A DNA stretch of 64,000 nt, from positions 1 to 64,000 of the forward strand of contig CAYSBJ010000002.1 of the NCBI GenBank assembly GCA_964429275.1, given 5' to 3'. A program made the position numbers and the translations under genes. Origin of the DNA: an uncultured Pseudomonadota bacterium (GTDB lineage Bacteria > Babelota > Babeliae > Babelales > JAUPTZ01). Below the pieces are notes generated by a model that worked only from the letters and a program-made list of their open reading frames with translations, searched no databases and was not told the origin of the DNA. Shown one piece after another: positions 38,880-48,178 of this stretch (positions are counted from its first letter, which is position 1; each line of letters begins with the position of its first letter).

Positions 38880-41432
38880 ATGAACGTTGAAAAGATAGTA
38901 GTGCGAGGTGCACGCGAGCATAACCTTCGTTCGGTGAATGTCGAGATTCCTAAAAACAAGCTGGTTATCATTACAGGGCCGTCCGGTTCCGGCAAGAGTT
39001 CTTTGGCCTTAGATACGCTTTATGCGGAGGGTCGCCGTCGCTATGTTGAATCACTCTCTTCCTATGCTCGCCAGTTCTTGGGAGTGTCGAAAAAACCTGA
39101 AGTCGACAAGATTGAAGGTCTTTGCCCTGCGATCGCTATTGATCAAAAAACAGTTGGCTACAATCCACGTTCTACTGTAGGGACTATTACTGAAATTTAC
39201 GATTATCTTCGAGTGCTTTTTGCTCGTGCTGGCACGCCGCATTGTTACAAATGTGGCCAAGAAATTCGAGCCGAATCGCCGCAGACGGTAGCTCGCCTGA
39301 TTTTGGAAGCAATGCCCGGCATTGAAGTGACCATTACCGCCCCGGTTGCCATTGAGCGCAAAGGGGAATTTGTTCATGATCTTCAGTCGTATTTTGATAA
39401 AGGATATAACAGGTTTGTAGTTGACGGGAAGATGCATCGTTTTACCGATCGTGATGAAATTTTAAAACTTAAACTTGCCAAAACACAGCGTCATACCATT
39501 GAGATCTGTATCGATCGCCTGACGCTGGATAAAGCCGAAGCGGTGCGAGTCCAAGAAGGGATCGAAAAAGCATTTCCTCTTGCGGGCGGTTTTTGCCGTG
39601 TTATTCCCGCCGATGGGCAGCGTGATCCGCAATTGTTCTCGGCAGAGCATATGTGTGTTCGCTGTGGCCTCTCTTTTCCGGAGATGGAGCCACGTCTATT
39701 CTCCTTTAACTCGCCATTAGGGGCATGTAAGTCCTGTAATGGTTTGGGTACGGTTTATAGTATTTTCTCAAATGAAACGACGGATCAAGAGGAAAGTTAT
39801 TGGCTTGCCCGGCATACACGGGAAGTTTCCTGTGGTGGTTGTGCTGGCACACGGCTGCGGCCGGAAGCACGAGCAGTCCTGGTCGACGGCTTATCTATCG
39901 ATAGAATGAGCGCAATGGCAGTGAGTGAACTGCAGGAGCGAATTACTACGTTAAACCTTTCTCCAGAGCGCCATCAGATTGCCGACGGCTTGGTGCGTGA
40001 AATTGTGAGCCGATTGACCTTTCTTTGTGATGTTGGCCTTTCGTACTTGACGCTTGCGCGGTCTGCGCGGACTTTGTCTGGTGGTGAAGGGCAGCGGATC
40101 CGCTTGGCCACACAAATTGGCTCTGCGTTGAGCGGGGTGCTGTATGTGCTTGATGAACCAAGCATTGGACTTCATCAGCGTGATAATGATCGCTTGATTG
40201 AGACACTGAAAAAACTTCGTGACCATGGTAATACCGTGCTGGTAGTTGAGCATGATATGGATACTATTGCCGCTTCTGACTATGTCATTGATATGGGTCC
40301 CGGGGCAGGGCTGCTTGGTGGAGAAGTGGTGGCTGCTGGTACGCCGGCCGAGGTGAGTGCTAATCCTGATTCGTTGACCGGTCGCTATATGTCCGGGGTG
40401 GATCAGATTGCAGTGCCAAAGCGCCGCCGTGTTTCAAATCAGCACCTGACTATTACCGGTGTTACGACTAACAATTTAAAAAACGTTACCTGCCAAATCC
40501 CTCTGGGTGTTCTCGTGGGGGTTTCTGGCGTTTCCGGTTCTGGTAAGAGTAGTCTTATTATGCAGACCCTTTCGCCAGCGTTGAGCGAAGCGTTCCGTAT
40601 TGGTTTTTGTCGTGATAGCAACAATTTTGAAGAACTGAATGGTGTTGATCTTATTGAGAATTGTGTATTGGTTGATCAGAGCCCTATTGGTCGTACCCCG
40701 CGTTCAAACCCAGCAACCTATTTGGGCATTTTTAACGAAATTCGTAATCTTTTTGCCGCAACAACGGAAAGTAGGGCGCGGGGCTATTTGCCCGGGCAAT
40801 TCAGCTTTAACGTTAAGCAGGGGCGGTGTGAGAACTGTTCAGGCGACGGTACATTGACTATCCAAATGCACTTTTTGGAAGACGTTGAGGTGGAATGTAA
40901 AGTTTGTCGTGGCTTACGTTATAGTGACCAAACCCTTCAAATTCTCTTTAACGGCAAGAATATTGCTGAAGTATTGGCTATGTCGGCTCTCGAGGCGACG
41001 GAGTTTTTTGCCGACTTTACCGCGGTTAATAAGCGGTTAAAGCTTATGTGCGACGTTGGCTTGGGATACTTGACTCTTGGCCAGTCTTCCACGACGCTGT
41101 CGGGGGGAGAGGCGCAACGGATTAAGTTGGTTAATGAGCTGGCAAAGCGGGGTCATAACACTTTCTATATCCTTGATGAACCAACGACCGGTCTTCATAC
41201 CAACGATGTGGCAAAGCTTTTGGAGGTGTTGCAGCGCCTAGTGAACCAGGGGAATACGGTCTTGGTCATTGAGCATAACCTGGACGTTCTCAAGGTAGTG
41301 GACCATTTAATTGACGTGGGGCCTGATGGCGGTGCGGCTGGCGGGCGCATTGTGGCGGCCGGAACGCCGGAAGAAGTGGCACAAGCGCCGGCAAGTATTA
41401 CCGGGCGCTATCTACGCAAGCTCTTGTTGTAA
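38880..41432 (+). CDS. uvrA: Excinuclease ABC subunit A
   Basis: GAREHNL, two Walker A motifs, RRYVESLS, LSGGEAQRIKL, zinc fingers. Confidence 0.97.
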   Translation: MNVEKIVVRGAREHNLRSVNVEIPKNKLVIITGPSGSGKSSLALDTLYAEGRRRYVESLSSYARQFLGVSKKPEVDKIEGLCPAIAIDQKTVGYNPRSTVGTITEIYDYLRVLFARAGTPHCYKCGQEIRAESPQTVARLILEAMPGIEVTITAPVAIERKGEFVHDLQSYFDKGYNRFVVDGKMHRFTDRDEILKLKLAKTQRHTIEICIDRLTLDKAEAVRVQEGIEKAFPLAGGFCRVIPADGQRDPQLFSAEHMCVRCGLSFPEMEPRLFSFNSPLGACKSCNGLGTVYSIFSNETTDQEESYWLARHTREVSCGGCAGTRLRPEARAVLVDGLSIDRMSAMAVSELQERITTLNLSPERHQIADGLVREIVSRLTFLCDVGLSYLTLARSARTLSGGEGQRIRLATQIGSALSGVLYVLDEPSIGLHQRDNDRLIETLKKLRDHGNTVLVVEHDMDTIAASDYVIDMGPGAGLLGGEVVAAGTPAEVSANPDSLTGRYMSGVDQIAVPKRRRVSNQHLTITGVTTNNLKNVTCQIPLGVLVGVSGVSGSGKSSLIMQTLSPALSEAFRIGFCRDSNNFEELNGVDLIENCVLVDQSPIGRTPRSNPATYLGIFNEIRNLFAATTESRARGYLPGQFSFNVKQGRCENCSGDGTLTIQMHFLEDVEVECKVCRGLRYSDQTLQILFNGKNIAEVLAMSALEATEFFADFTAVNKRLKLMCDVGLGYLTLGQSSTTLSGGEAQRIKLVNELAKRGHNTFYILDEPTTGLHTNDVAKLLEVLQRLVNQGNTVLVIEHNLDVLKVVDHLIDVGPDGGAAGGRIVAAGTPEEVAQAPASITGRYLRKLLL

Positions 41433-41511
41433 TTTTCATTTCTGTTAGTATTGTTTGTGAGGCTTTCATTAAAATAAGAGCCGGGGAATCTCTTTGTAGG
41501 GGCGAAATTAT

Positions 41512-42900
41512 ATGAAAATACAAAAAATAATGGCGGTTTTTGCTGCAGTAGGACTGGTTGTGGGTGTTTGCAGCGCTGGTAAAGATGACGGTGACCGTGA
41601 ACTTGATCGAATTATGATGTACCGGATGCTTAATAGCTCAAATCAGCAAACGGTTACGACGGTTGACCGTAAGGCTCAGATGGAGCAAATAGTGACCGAA
41701 CAACGAGCTTTGCAGCGAATTGTGAGTGAGTTGCACGGGAAAAGGATTAATTCTGTGAATGATTTAGAAGTGTTGTTTAAAGGACGACCGGCTGTAAAGG
41801 AACTAATCGGCGGTAAGTCCGATGAGATTGGCGCTAAATGGGCGGAAACTCCAGGTACTACCGATGCATTTACCGAGCTTGGGCTCCTTACAGAGTACAA
41901 ATTTCATGCCGGCACTGGTGACTTTAAGCAGGACGACCTTGAAAAATGGCTGATGGATCGTTATGAAGCAAACGCTTCATTACTTAAAGAGTATCGCAGT
42001 GAAACAGCAGATGGACATGGTCCGATTGGCCAAGCAGCGGTAAAAGGGTTTTTGGGTAGAAATGCCGCATACTTTACCGATATTAAGGTGAATTCGCTTG
42101 CGCAAGGTGTTGCTGCTGGTATGGTATACCGCACCATGTTTGTCGTGGGGGATGAGTTTGAAAAAGCTATTCGTAATGAAGGTGGCCAGGTTTGCGACGC
42201 GGTCTTTGGTGGGTCGCTTCGCACACTTCGAGGAATGTTTTTTAGATTAAAGCACTGGTTGTTTAATGGTGGCGCGTATCCGTATACCCTTGAGCAGGTA
42301 GGTTTTTGGCGTGAAGAAGTTGTAGAGGTCATTCTAAAAGGACTTGATAAGGCTGCGACAAAAGCGCAAGGGGGCGTTGCCGATGGTTTTGGTACGCGAG
42401 CCCGAGGGCAGAACAAGTTCGATGTTTTTGCCGGTGTTCCAATGGAAGAATGCGAAGTAGAAAATGCAAATGTTGTGGATGCAACTTGGGTGGAGATGGT
42501 TGGTGGCTTTGCTCGCGACCTTGACCGTTTGACCATGCGTATAGAATTTCCTAAGTTGTACTACAGCCCTGGCGACGATCATGATGAACAAGTGATGATG
42601 ATTGACGGCCGTGCTGACATTCTGGACATGGCGACCCGCATTCAGGAAATGCTGCAGCTTATTAAGCAGCACATTCTGTTGCCGTCTCGTACCCTTAAAG
42701 ATTTGGCGATTGGCGACCTAAAAGTTATACTGCCGCGCTTGATTGATGAGGTAAATGCACGATTTAAGCTTTTTGAAGGTATGGTTAAGAATTACCATGG
42801 TATCTATGTAAAAGCAAACTCCTCAGGCGGTGATAGCAGTGCTTCTAAGCCTGCAGCGGCGCGATCAGGCGGCTCGCTTTTCCCTGGGCTTGACTCGTAA
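41512..42900 (+). CDS. Hypothetical exported protein
   Basis: Signal peptide; 462-aa ORF. Confidence 0.75.
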   Translation: MKIQKIMAVFAAVGLVVGVCSAGKDDGDRELDRIMMYRMLNSSNQQTVTTVDRKAQMEQIVTEQRALQRIVSELHGKRINSVNDLEVLFKGRPAVKELIGGKSDEIGAKWAETPGTTDAFTELGLLTEYKFHAGTGDFKQDDLEKWLMDRYEANASLLKEYRSETADGHGPIGQAAVKGFLGRNAAYFTDIKVNSLAQGVAAGMVYRTMFVVGDEFEKAIRNEGGQVCDAVFGGSLRTLRGMFFRLKHWLFNGGAYPYTLEQVGFWREEVVEVILKGLDKAATKAQGGVADGFGTRARGQNKFDVFAGVPMEECEVENANVVDATWVEMVGGFARDLDRLTMRIEFPKLYYSPGDDHDEQVMMIDGRADILDMATRIQEMLQLIKQHILLPSRTLKDLAIGDLKVILPRLIDEVNARFKLFEGMVKNYHGIYVKANSSGGDSSASKPAAARSGGSLFPGLDS

Positions 42901-42923
42901 TATTACGTAAAGGAATACCGTAT

Positions 42924-43976
42924 ATGAAATTTGTCTCCTTAGTATTGAGTCTTTTTTGTGCGACGTCAGCTGTTTCGGCAGCACTGATTGATCAGCCAAC
43001 TATTATTTCGCTGAGTCGCTTTAGCCCAGATCGCGTGGCGGCCGCGCGAAGTCATTTTGAGCGCCGTATGTATCAAATAAAGCGTACGACATTGGGTGTT
43101 ATTGGAGTTCTTGGGTTGGGTGTTGTAGTCAAATATGGTCCAAGCTGGTGGCGTGCCTATAAAGGCCCGTCTGATGCTGAAAAGGAAAAGACAGAAGAAA
43201 TGAGAGTGTTGGATGAGCGCTTGCAGAACGCACTTCGCCGTCTAGACGCGGTGAAAGATGATGCAGCGCGTACTGTTGCTTCTAGTGAGCTAGCTGCGGT
43301 AAATGGTGCAATTGAAGCAAAATTAAACTTATACAGACAAAAAGATGGTATTAAACGAGTTGAGGCTCCAACGCAGCAACAAGGTATTGTGGGCAGCACA
43401 CTCCGCAACGCTGCATTGCTTGGTATTGCCGGCTTGGTGTTAACTTCTGGCCAGCAAATATTCCGTGTCTGTTCTGGCACTATTGAAGAAGTATTGTATC
43501 TGTGGTTTAAGGGGTATGAATATTGGTATTCGCCACTAGTAGAACAGCTTCGTGCTTTAATGAACGAATTACGTGAAAGTTTCTATCAAGCGCGTAAATT
43601 GGCGCAACAAAGTAATAATGATCCGCAACTGCTTCTCGCTCGCCAGCAGCGTCGTGGTGCCGTTTCATACGAAATTAGCACGCACTATCGTCTTGATATT
43701 GTAACTATGTATCAGCGTATGGTTTCGACGGTTGAGCGTCTAGTTGCACTGATGTTTATCATGGCGCCTATGGACCATCATCCGGTAATGCAGCAGCACA
43801 TTGTGGCTATTGCCGGCAAATTAAATCGTGTTTCTGAATTGCTTGAGTGCGACTTGAATGAAAATACGCATGGTATGTTGACGCTGTATAGCAATGCGAC
43901 TCTTGATGCGTATTATGAATGCGTTGAGGCGATTACAATATTCCAGAGCACGTACAGTACGTATCTACGTCGATAA
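42924..43976 (+). CDS. Hypothetical exported protein with TM-coil-TM segment
   Basis: Signal peptide; AAGGA SD; Gly-rich hydrophobic segments. Confidence 0.75.
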   Translation: MKFVSLVLSLFCATSAVSAALIDQPTIISLSRFSPDRVAAARSHFERRMYQIKRTTLGVIGVLGLGVVVKYGPSWWRAYKGPSDAEKEKTEEMRVLDERLQNALRRLDAVKDDAARTVASSELAAVNGAIEAKLNLYRQKDGIKRVEAPTQQQGIVGSTLRNAALLGIAGLVLTSGQQIFRVCSGTIEEVLYLWFKGYEYWYSPLVEQLRALMNELRESFYQARKLAQQSNNDPQLLLARQQRRGAVSYEISTHYRLDIVTMYQRMVSTVERLVALMFIMAPMDHHPVMQQHIVAIAGKLNRVSELLECDLNENTHGMLTLYSNATLDAYYECVEAITIFQSTYSTYLRR

Positions 43977-43994
43977 TTTGTAGCAAAACTAACT

Positions 43995-44141
43995 TGGATT
44001 GCTTCGTCACTGCTTTTCTCGCAATGACCAGTCTGCCGAAGCAGTTTGCGTAGCCACTTTGAGTGTGGTTCGCCTTTATAAATTAGTGTTAGATTCACTT
44101 GCTTCAAGCGAGTCATTGCGAGCGATAGCGAAGCAATCCAG
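43995..44141. repeat. Right half and left half of the CGTC element in tail-to-head order
   Basis: TGGATTGC..CTCGCAATGAC (43995-44028) and GTCATTGCGAG..GCAATCCAG (44112-44141). Confidence 0.8.
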
Positions 44142-47100
44142 ATGAAGGCTAAAAAACTTTTTCTTATTATTTTTCTTTTCTACACCGCGCCTACTATGGC
44201 CTGTGTATGGTGCGATCCAGAGGCTCCCATTGCGGTGCTTCAAGAGCTTCATGAAGATGCACGCTACGAGCTTAATCGTTCAGCCCTCTTGAGTGGGCTC
44301 AACGTTGCGTTGTCGCCTGAGGCGTTGCCAGCCTGCTTGAATCAGGCGCTGACAAGCCAGGAACCACCACTTGAAGATCGTTTTTATACGGAATATCTTT
44401 CCAGTTATTTCCCCAAAGCAGATGTTATTACCAAAATCATCTTTCCAACGATGTGTACGGTCGCCGTTAACCGCGCATTAAACAGTATCATTTTTGTCCT
44501 GACCAATGTGCCATGGCGATATTTTGTAAACAACGCAGAGGATCTTTCCTTTGAGTCTGTGCACGTTATGATTATCGAAGAGCAGCTGGGTCGTATCATT
44601 GCCGCAGTTAAAAAGCTTTCTATCGATGCGAGAACACATTTGGTTTGCCTTCCTGCTGCGGCGTCAGAAGAGGGTTGGAATCTTGGTACAGCAGCAAGAA
44701 AACGAGAAATGCTTGTGCTACAGCTGTGGAAAAAAGAACAGCGAATGCAGTATTTCTTTACTATGGTTGCGCTCTGTATTGATACGATGATTCACCGTCT
44801 CTATGGGTTTATTCGTCGTGAAAATTATAGTGAGGCCTATTCATTGCATCGCAAAGTAGAAAAAATGGTTGAGGGGCTCAAGGGAAGTCGATACGAAGAA
44901 CAGTATGTGCTGACTTCGCGTCTTTTCTTCGATCTCCTAAAGATGCTTGAGCAGCGCTTGTGGTACCAGCATGACCAAGATGCAGCAAAAAGACGCGATG
45001 ATGATGGCGATGTAGCTTCTCTTGTGGGTGTTTCAGTTGCTGGTATGTCGCTGGCAGCACCGCTTGAAGGAAATACCTCCGCACATCGCTTTCTTGATAG
45101 TTTTGTTGGGCATTATGAAGCCAATATTACTGGCAAATTTACGCATGAATATCACCCGGCAGTGCTCGAAGAGACCGCCAAGAGCTTTGCGACGCTTGAG
45201 CAGGAGCTGGACGGCCAGGGCTTGCCTATTGTTGGCCGGCTCACCCTTATGGGGTATGAAGAGCAGGGGATAACCCGCTATAAAACAAAGTACACTGATG
45301 CATATTTTTCCGATGAGATGGGTCGTCTTACGAATGCTGGTTGGTCCCTTAAGATGTTTAATCGCTTTGGTCTTTTGACTGGTTTTCTTTGTAAAGATGT
45401 CGCTCGGCTGGCAGCAAAATATCCAAATGCGTTGCCGGTGACCCATATTAATCCGGATCAGGTAGAGATTTTTGATGGCATAGGTACATTGTTCCAAGAG
45501 CATGCTTTTGGCGAAGCCTATAAGCCAGCACTTCAGGCGTACCAGCGCGTACGAAAAACATTGATGAAGGGAGACTTCTCTGCTTTTTTTGGTGAGTTTA
45601 TGCGCTTTTGGCATACGTTGTACTCTCATGAATTGAAGGTGGTTGGTAAGCAGCACGTGGTGGGTACACAGGATATTCTTTTTTCGATTGCCTATATGCG
45701 CTATTTACGTCAGTCCGCGGTGCCAGTGCTTCATTTTTACTTGGGGCCAGATATTACCTATCCAATTGAAACGTCACTATTGCATCACAAAGAGGCTACG
45801 CGCCATGCGCAAACGTTTGTAAAAACCTTTGTGCCCCAGCTCAAGCCGTTAAACAATAAAAAAACGGCTTATGTCTTTTGTAGTTTTGTGGATGGTGTAG
45901 GAAAAAGTACTATGCTTGGGAATGTGCAAAATATGATGAAACATGGTGACGCGATTGATGAGTATGAGCATGTTGACAACTCTTCATCCCAGCTGGCTAC
46001 CGTGTTTGATTACTCCAATGATGTGGTGATTGCAGATTTGCCGGCGCAGGTCTCTCACTTTACGTATAAGCCAGATGGCTATGTATATGTTGATTGTGGC
46101 GCGCTGTTGAATGCGTCTGCACTACAAGAAATGGTGGAATATGTACACAAGAACCAGGTGAAGCTTGAAGTGGCATTCATGGCAGTGCTTGAGGAAGCGG
46201 GGAAAATGCCTGAGTACGATTTGGTGCTGGCGGAACAGAAGAATCCAGAATTGTGTTATGCCCTGAATCTCCATTTATTACGTAAAAATAGTTCATATCG
46301 CTGGGTAAGCTTTACGCATGAAAATAACTATTACCTGTTTGATCGAGATGAGCCAACAAGTATTCGTATGCGGGTACCACTGGCAACGACGCCATCGCAT
46401 GGCTTGAAAAACAATTGTCCTGAACAAATGATTTTTTCTATTGGAGTTCGCTTTCCTATGGCTTACGACTACTTCCTCAATGATCTTATTGATCAGCTGA
46501 AGGATCATGGAGCAGAGCAGGTGGTGATGGTGGATTTTGTGAGTATGTATTCCCGCTCAAGTCGTGAAAATATACGGGTGAATTACGTTATTCAGCAGCT
46601 TGCCTTGTTACATAAAGATTTTTCTCTGGGGGCCAGTTTCTACCAAGATTTTGTGCATAATGCCCAACTTTTGGCAACGCTTGATGGTACCGACATGATG
46701 TATAAATTTAGTACGGCGTTGCTGCAAGAGTCGCTTGTGCGGCTTGCGCTTTTTGACATGCTGCGTGACCATGCAGCGACGAATATTGACGGCATTGATT
46801 TGCGCACGCTGACGGCGCAGATTCGCACGCGTGTTGCAGCGTATGACGCAAGCGTGGAGGAGTATGCACGGAGTGTGGTGAAAAATAAAATGAAGCAGGA
46901 GTACGATCGGCTTTTTATGGCGTACGGCAATACCCGTGAGTACGTAACGTTGCAGCAGTTTCACGCAACAGACTTGCTTGTCTGGAGTCGGTCACTGGTA
47001 AATATATTTAGTGACCACGCATTGTGTCTTTCTAGTAATTTATGGCGGCAGTTTCAGAAAGCCTCTATCGTAAAGGCAAAGACAATGTTGCGCGATGATC

Positions 47101-48044
47101 ATTTGGGTGTCACTATTGCACGTCTAGATAATGGTATGGAAGTTGAAGTTCTTGAGCGGATTGCGCCTGATTGCCGTGATAAAGCGAAATTGCAGTCTAT
47201 TGTACGGATGGCGCGAGCGCGCTGGTATGCCACGTGTGCTAATCTCCTGTATGGACGCAGCACGCCAGAAGGCATCGTGATTGAAGAAAAGTTTCCGGTT
47301 ATTCCGCTCATTGTGTTACTAGATACTGAAGGGAGCCTCTGCTTTGTGCAGCCACTTCTTGAAAAGCCAACGGACGAGCCTGATCCAAAAAAAGTACCAG
47401 ATTATTCCATTTTTGAAGTAACTTATTCACCAAAAAAACAGGTCCAATGGCGGACTTTTGAAGATCAGTTGTATCTTTATGATTGGTCAGAGATAAAGAG
47501 TTCGCATGGTGGGGTATATGCTTATGGGCATGAATTGAGTAATGATCCGATTGAGCATCAGGGGATGCGATCAGCGATTGTTTCAAATCTGTATACCAAA
47601 TTTGCGCAGGCACATGGGGCTGATAAGGTCTTGGTACCAGTGCAGCTTCGTGCAATGATGAAAGACAAAATGCCGGCGTTGCAGGCAAATTATGATCGGT
47701 GGGAAAGCAAAGCGAAAAAGAATGGGGCGATGCCAGAAAAAGCAGACGTGCCGTCGCTATTAAAGCCAGCTACTGGGCATGAACCGGATAAGATGCCAGT
47801 CTATCTGATTGCCGATGATCAGCGGCCAGCTGTTTGCCTCTACCTGCGTATGATTGCTACTCTGGACATGCTGGTAAAAGATTTGGCTTCCGATTTTGCC
47901 CTGCGGCGGAACAGTAAAGAGGACTTTGTGGAGCATATCAGGCTCATGGAGTGCATAACCTTACCGTGGATTTTTGGGCTCTTCTCTCCGGATGGATTGT
48001 TTGATTCATATGAGGAGATTACGCCGGTGGCCGTCGTTTCTTAA
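44142..48044 (+). CDS. Large hypothetical protein with deviant P-loop NTPase domain
   Basis: Signal-like N-terminus; FVDGVGKST; VVIADLPA. Confidence 0.75.
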   Translation: MKAKKLFLIIFLFYTAPTMACVWCDPEAPIAVLQELHEDARYELNRSALLSGLNVALSPEALPACLNQALTSQEPPLEDRFYTEYLSSYFPKADVITKIIFPTMCTVAVNRALNSIIFVLTNVPWRYFVNNAEDLSFESVHVMIIEEQLGRIIAAVKKLSIDARTHLVCLPAAASEEGWNLGTAARKREMLVLQLWKKEQRMQYFFTMVALCIDTMIHRLYGFIRRENYSEAYSLHRKVEKMVEGLKGSRYEEQYVLTSRLFFDLLKMLEQRLWYQHDQDAAKRRDDDGDVASLVGVSVAGMSLAAPLEGNTSAHRFLDSFVGHYEANITGKFTHEYHPAVLEETAKSFATLEQELDGQGLPIVGRLTLMGYEEQGITRYKTKYTDAYFSDEMGRLTNAGWSLKMFNRFGLLTGFLCKDVARLAAKYPNALPVTHINPDQVEIFDGIGTLFQEHAFGEAYKPALQAYQRVRKTLMKGDFSAFFGEFMRFWHTLYSHELKVVGKQHVVGTQDILFSIAYMRYLRQSAVPVLHFYLGPDITYPIETSLLHHKEATRHAQTFVKTFVPQLKPLNNKKTAYVFCSFVDGVGKSTMLGNVQNMMKHGDAIDEYEHVDNSSSQLATVFDYSNDVVIADLPAQVSHFTYKPDGYVYVDCGALLNASALQEMVEYVHKNQVKLEVAFMAVLEEAGKMPEYDLVLAEQKNPELCYALNLHLLRKNSSYRWVSFTHENNYYLFDRDEPTSIRMRVPLATTPSHGLKNNCPEQMIFSIGVRFPMAYDYFLNDLIDQLKDHGAEQVVMVDFVSMYSRSSRENIRVNYVIQQLALLHKDFSLGASFYQDFVHNAQLLATLDGTDMMYKFSTALLQESLVRLALFDMLRDHAATNIDGIDLRTLTAQIRTRVAAYDASVEEYARSVVKNKMKQEYDRLFMAYGNTREYVTLQQFHATDLLVWSRSLVNIFSDHALCLSSNLWRQFQKASIVKAKTMLRDDHLGVTIARLDNGMEVEVLERIAPDCRDKAKLQSIVRMARARWYATCANLLYGRSTPEGIVIEEKFPVIPLIVLLDTEGSLCFVQPLLEKPTDEPDPKKVPDYSIFEVTYSPKKQVQWRTFEDQLYLYDWSEIKSSHGGVYAYGHELSNDPIEHQGMRSAIVSNLYTKFAQAHGADKVLVPVQLRAMMKDKMPALQANYDRWESKAKKNGAMPEKADVPSLLKPATGHEPDKMPVYLIADDQRPAVCLYLRMIATLDMLVKDLASDFALRRNSKEDFVEHIRLMECITLPWIFGLFSPDGLFDSYEEITPVAVVS

Positions 48045-48178
48045 CTTTACCAGTTATTCCTGCCGGGGGGTGGTTTTTTGACGTTCCCCATGCGGGATAT
48101 ATATTGAAGTTGCGCCTCTGCCCGTTTCCTGTCACACTACTGTTTTCCAATTTTTAGTAGGTTTCTAACAGGTATTTC

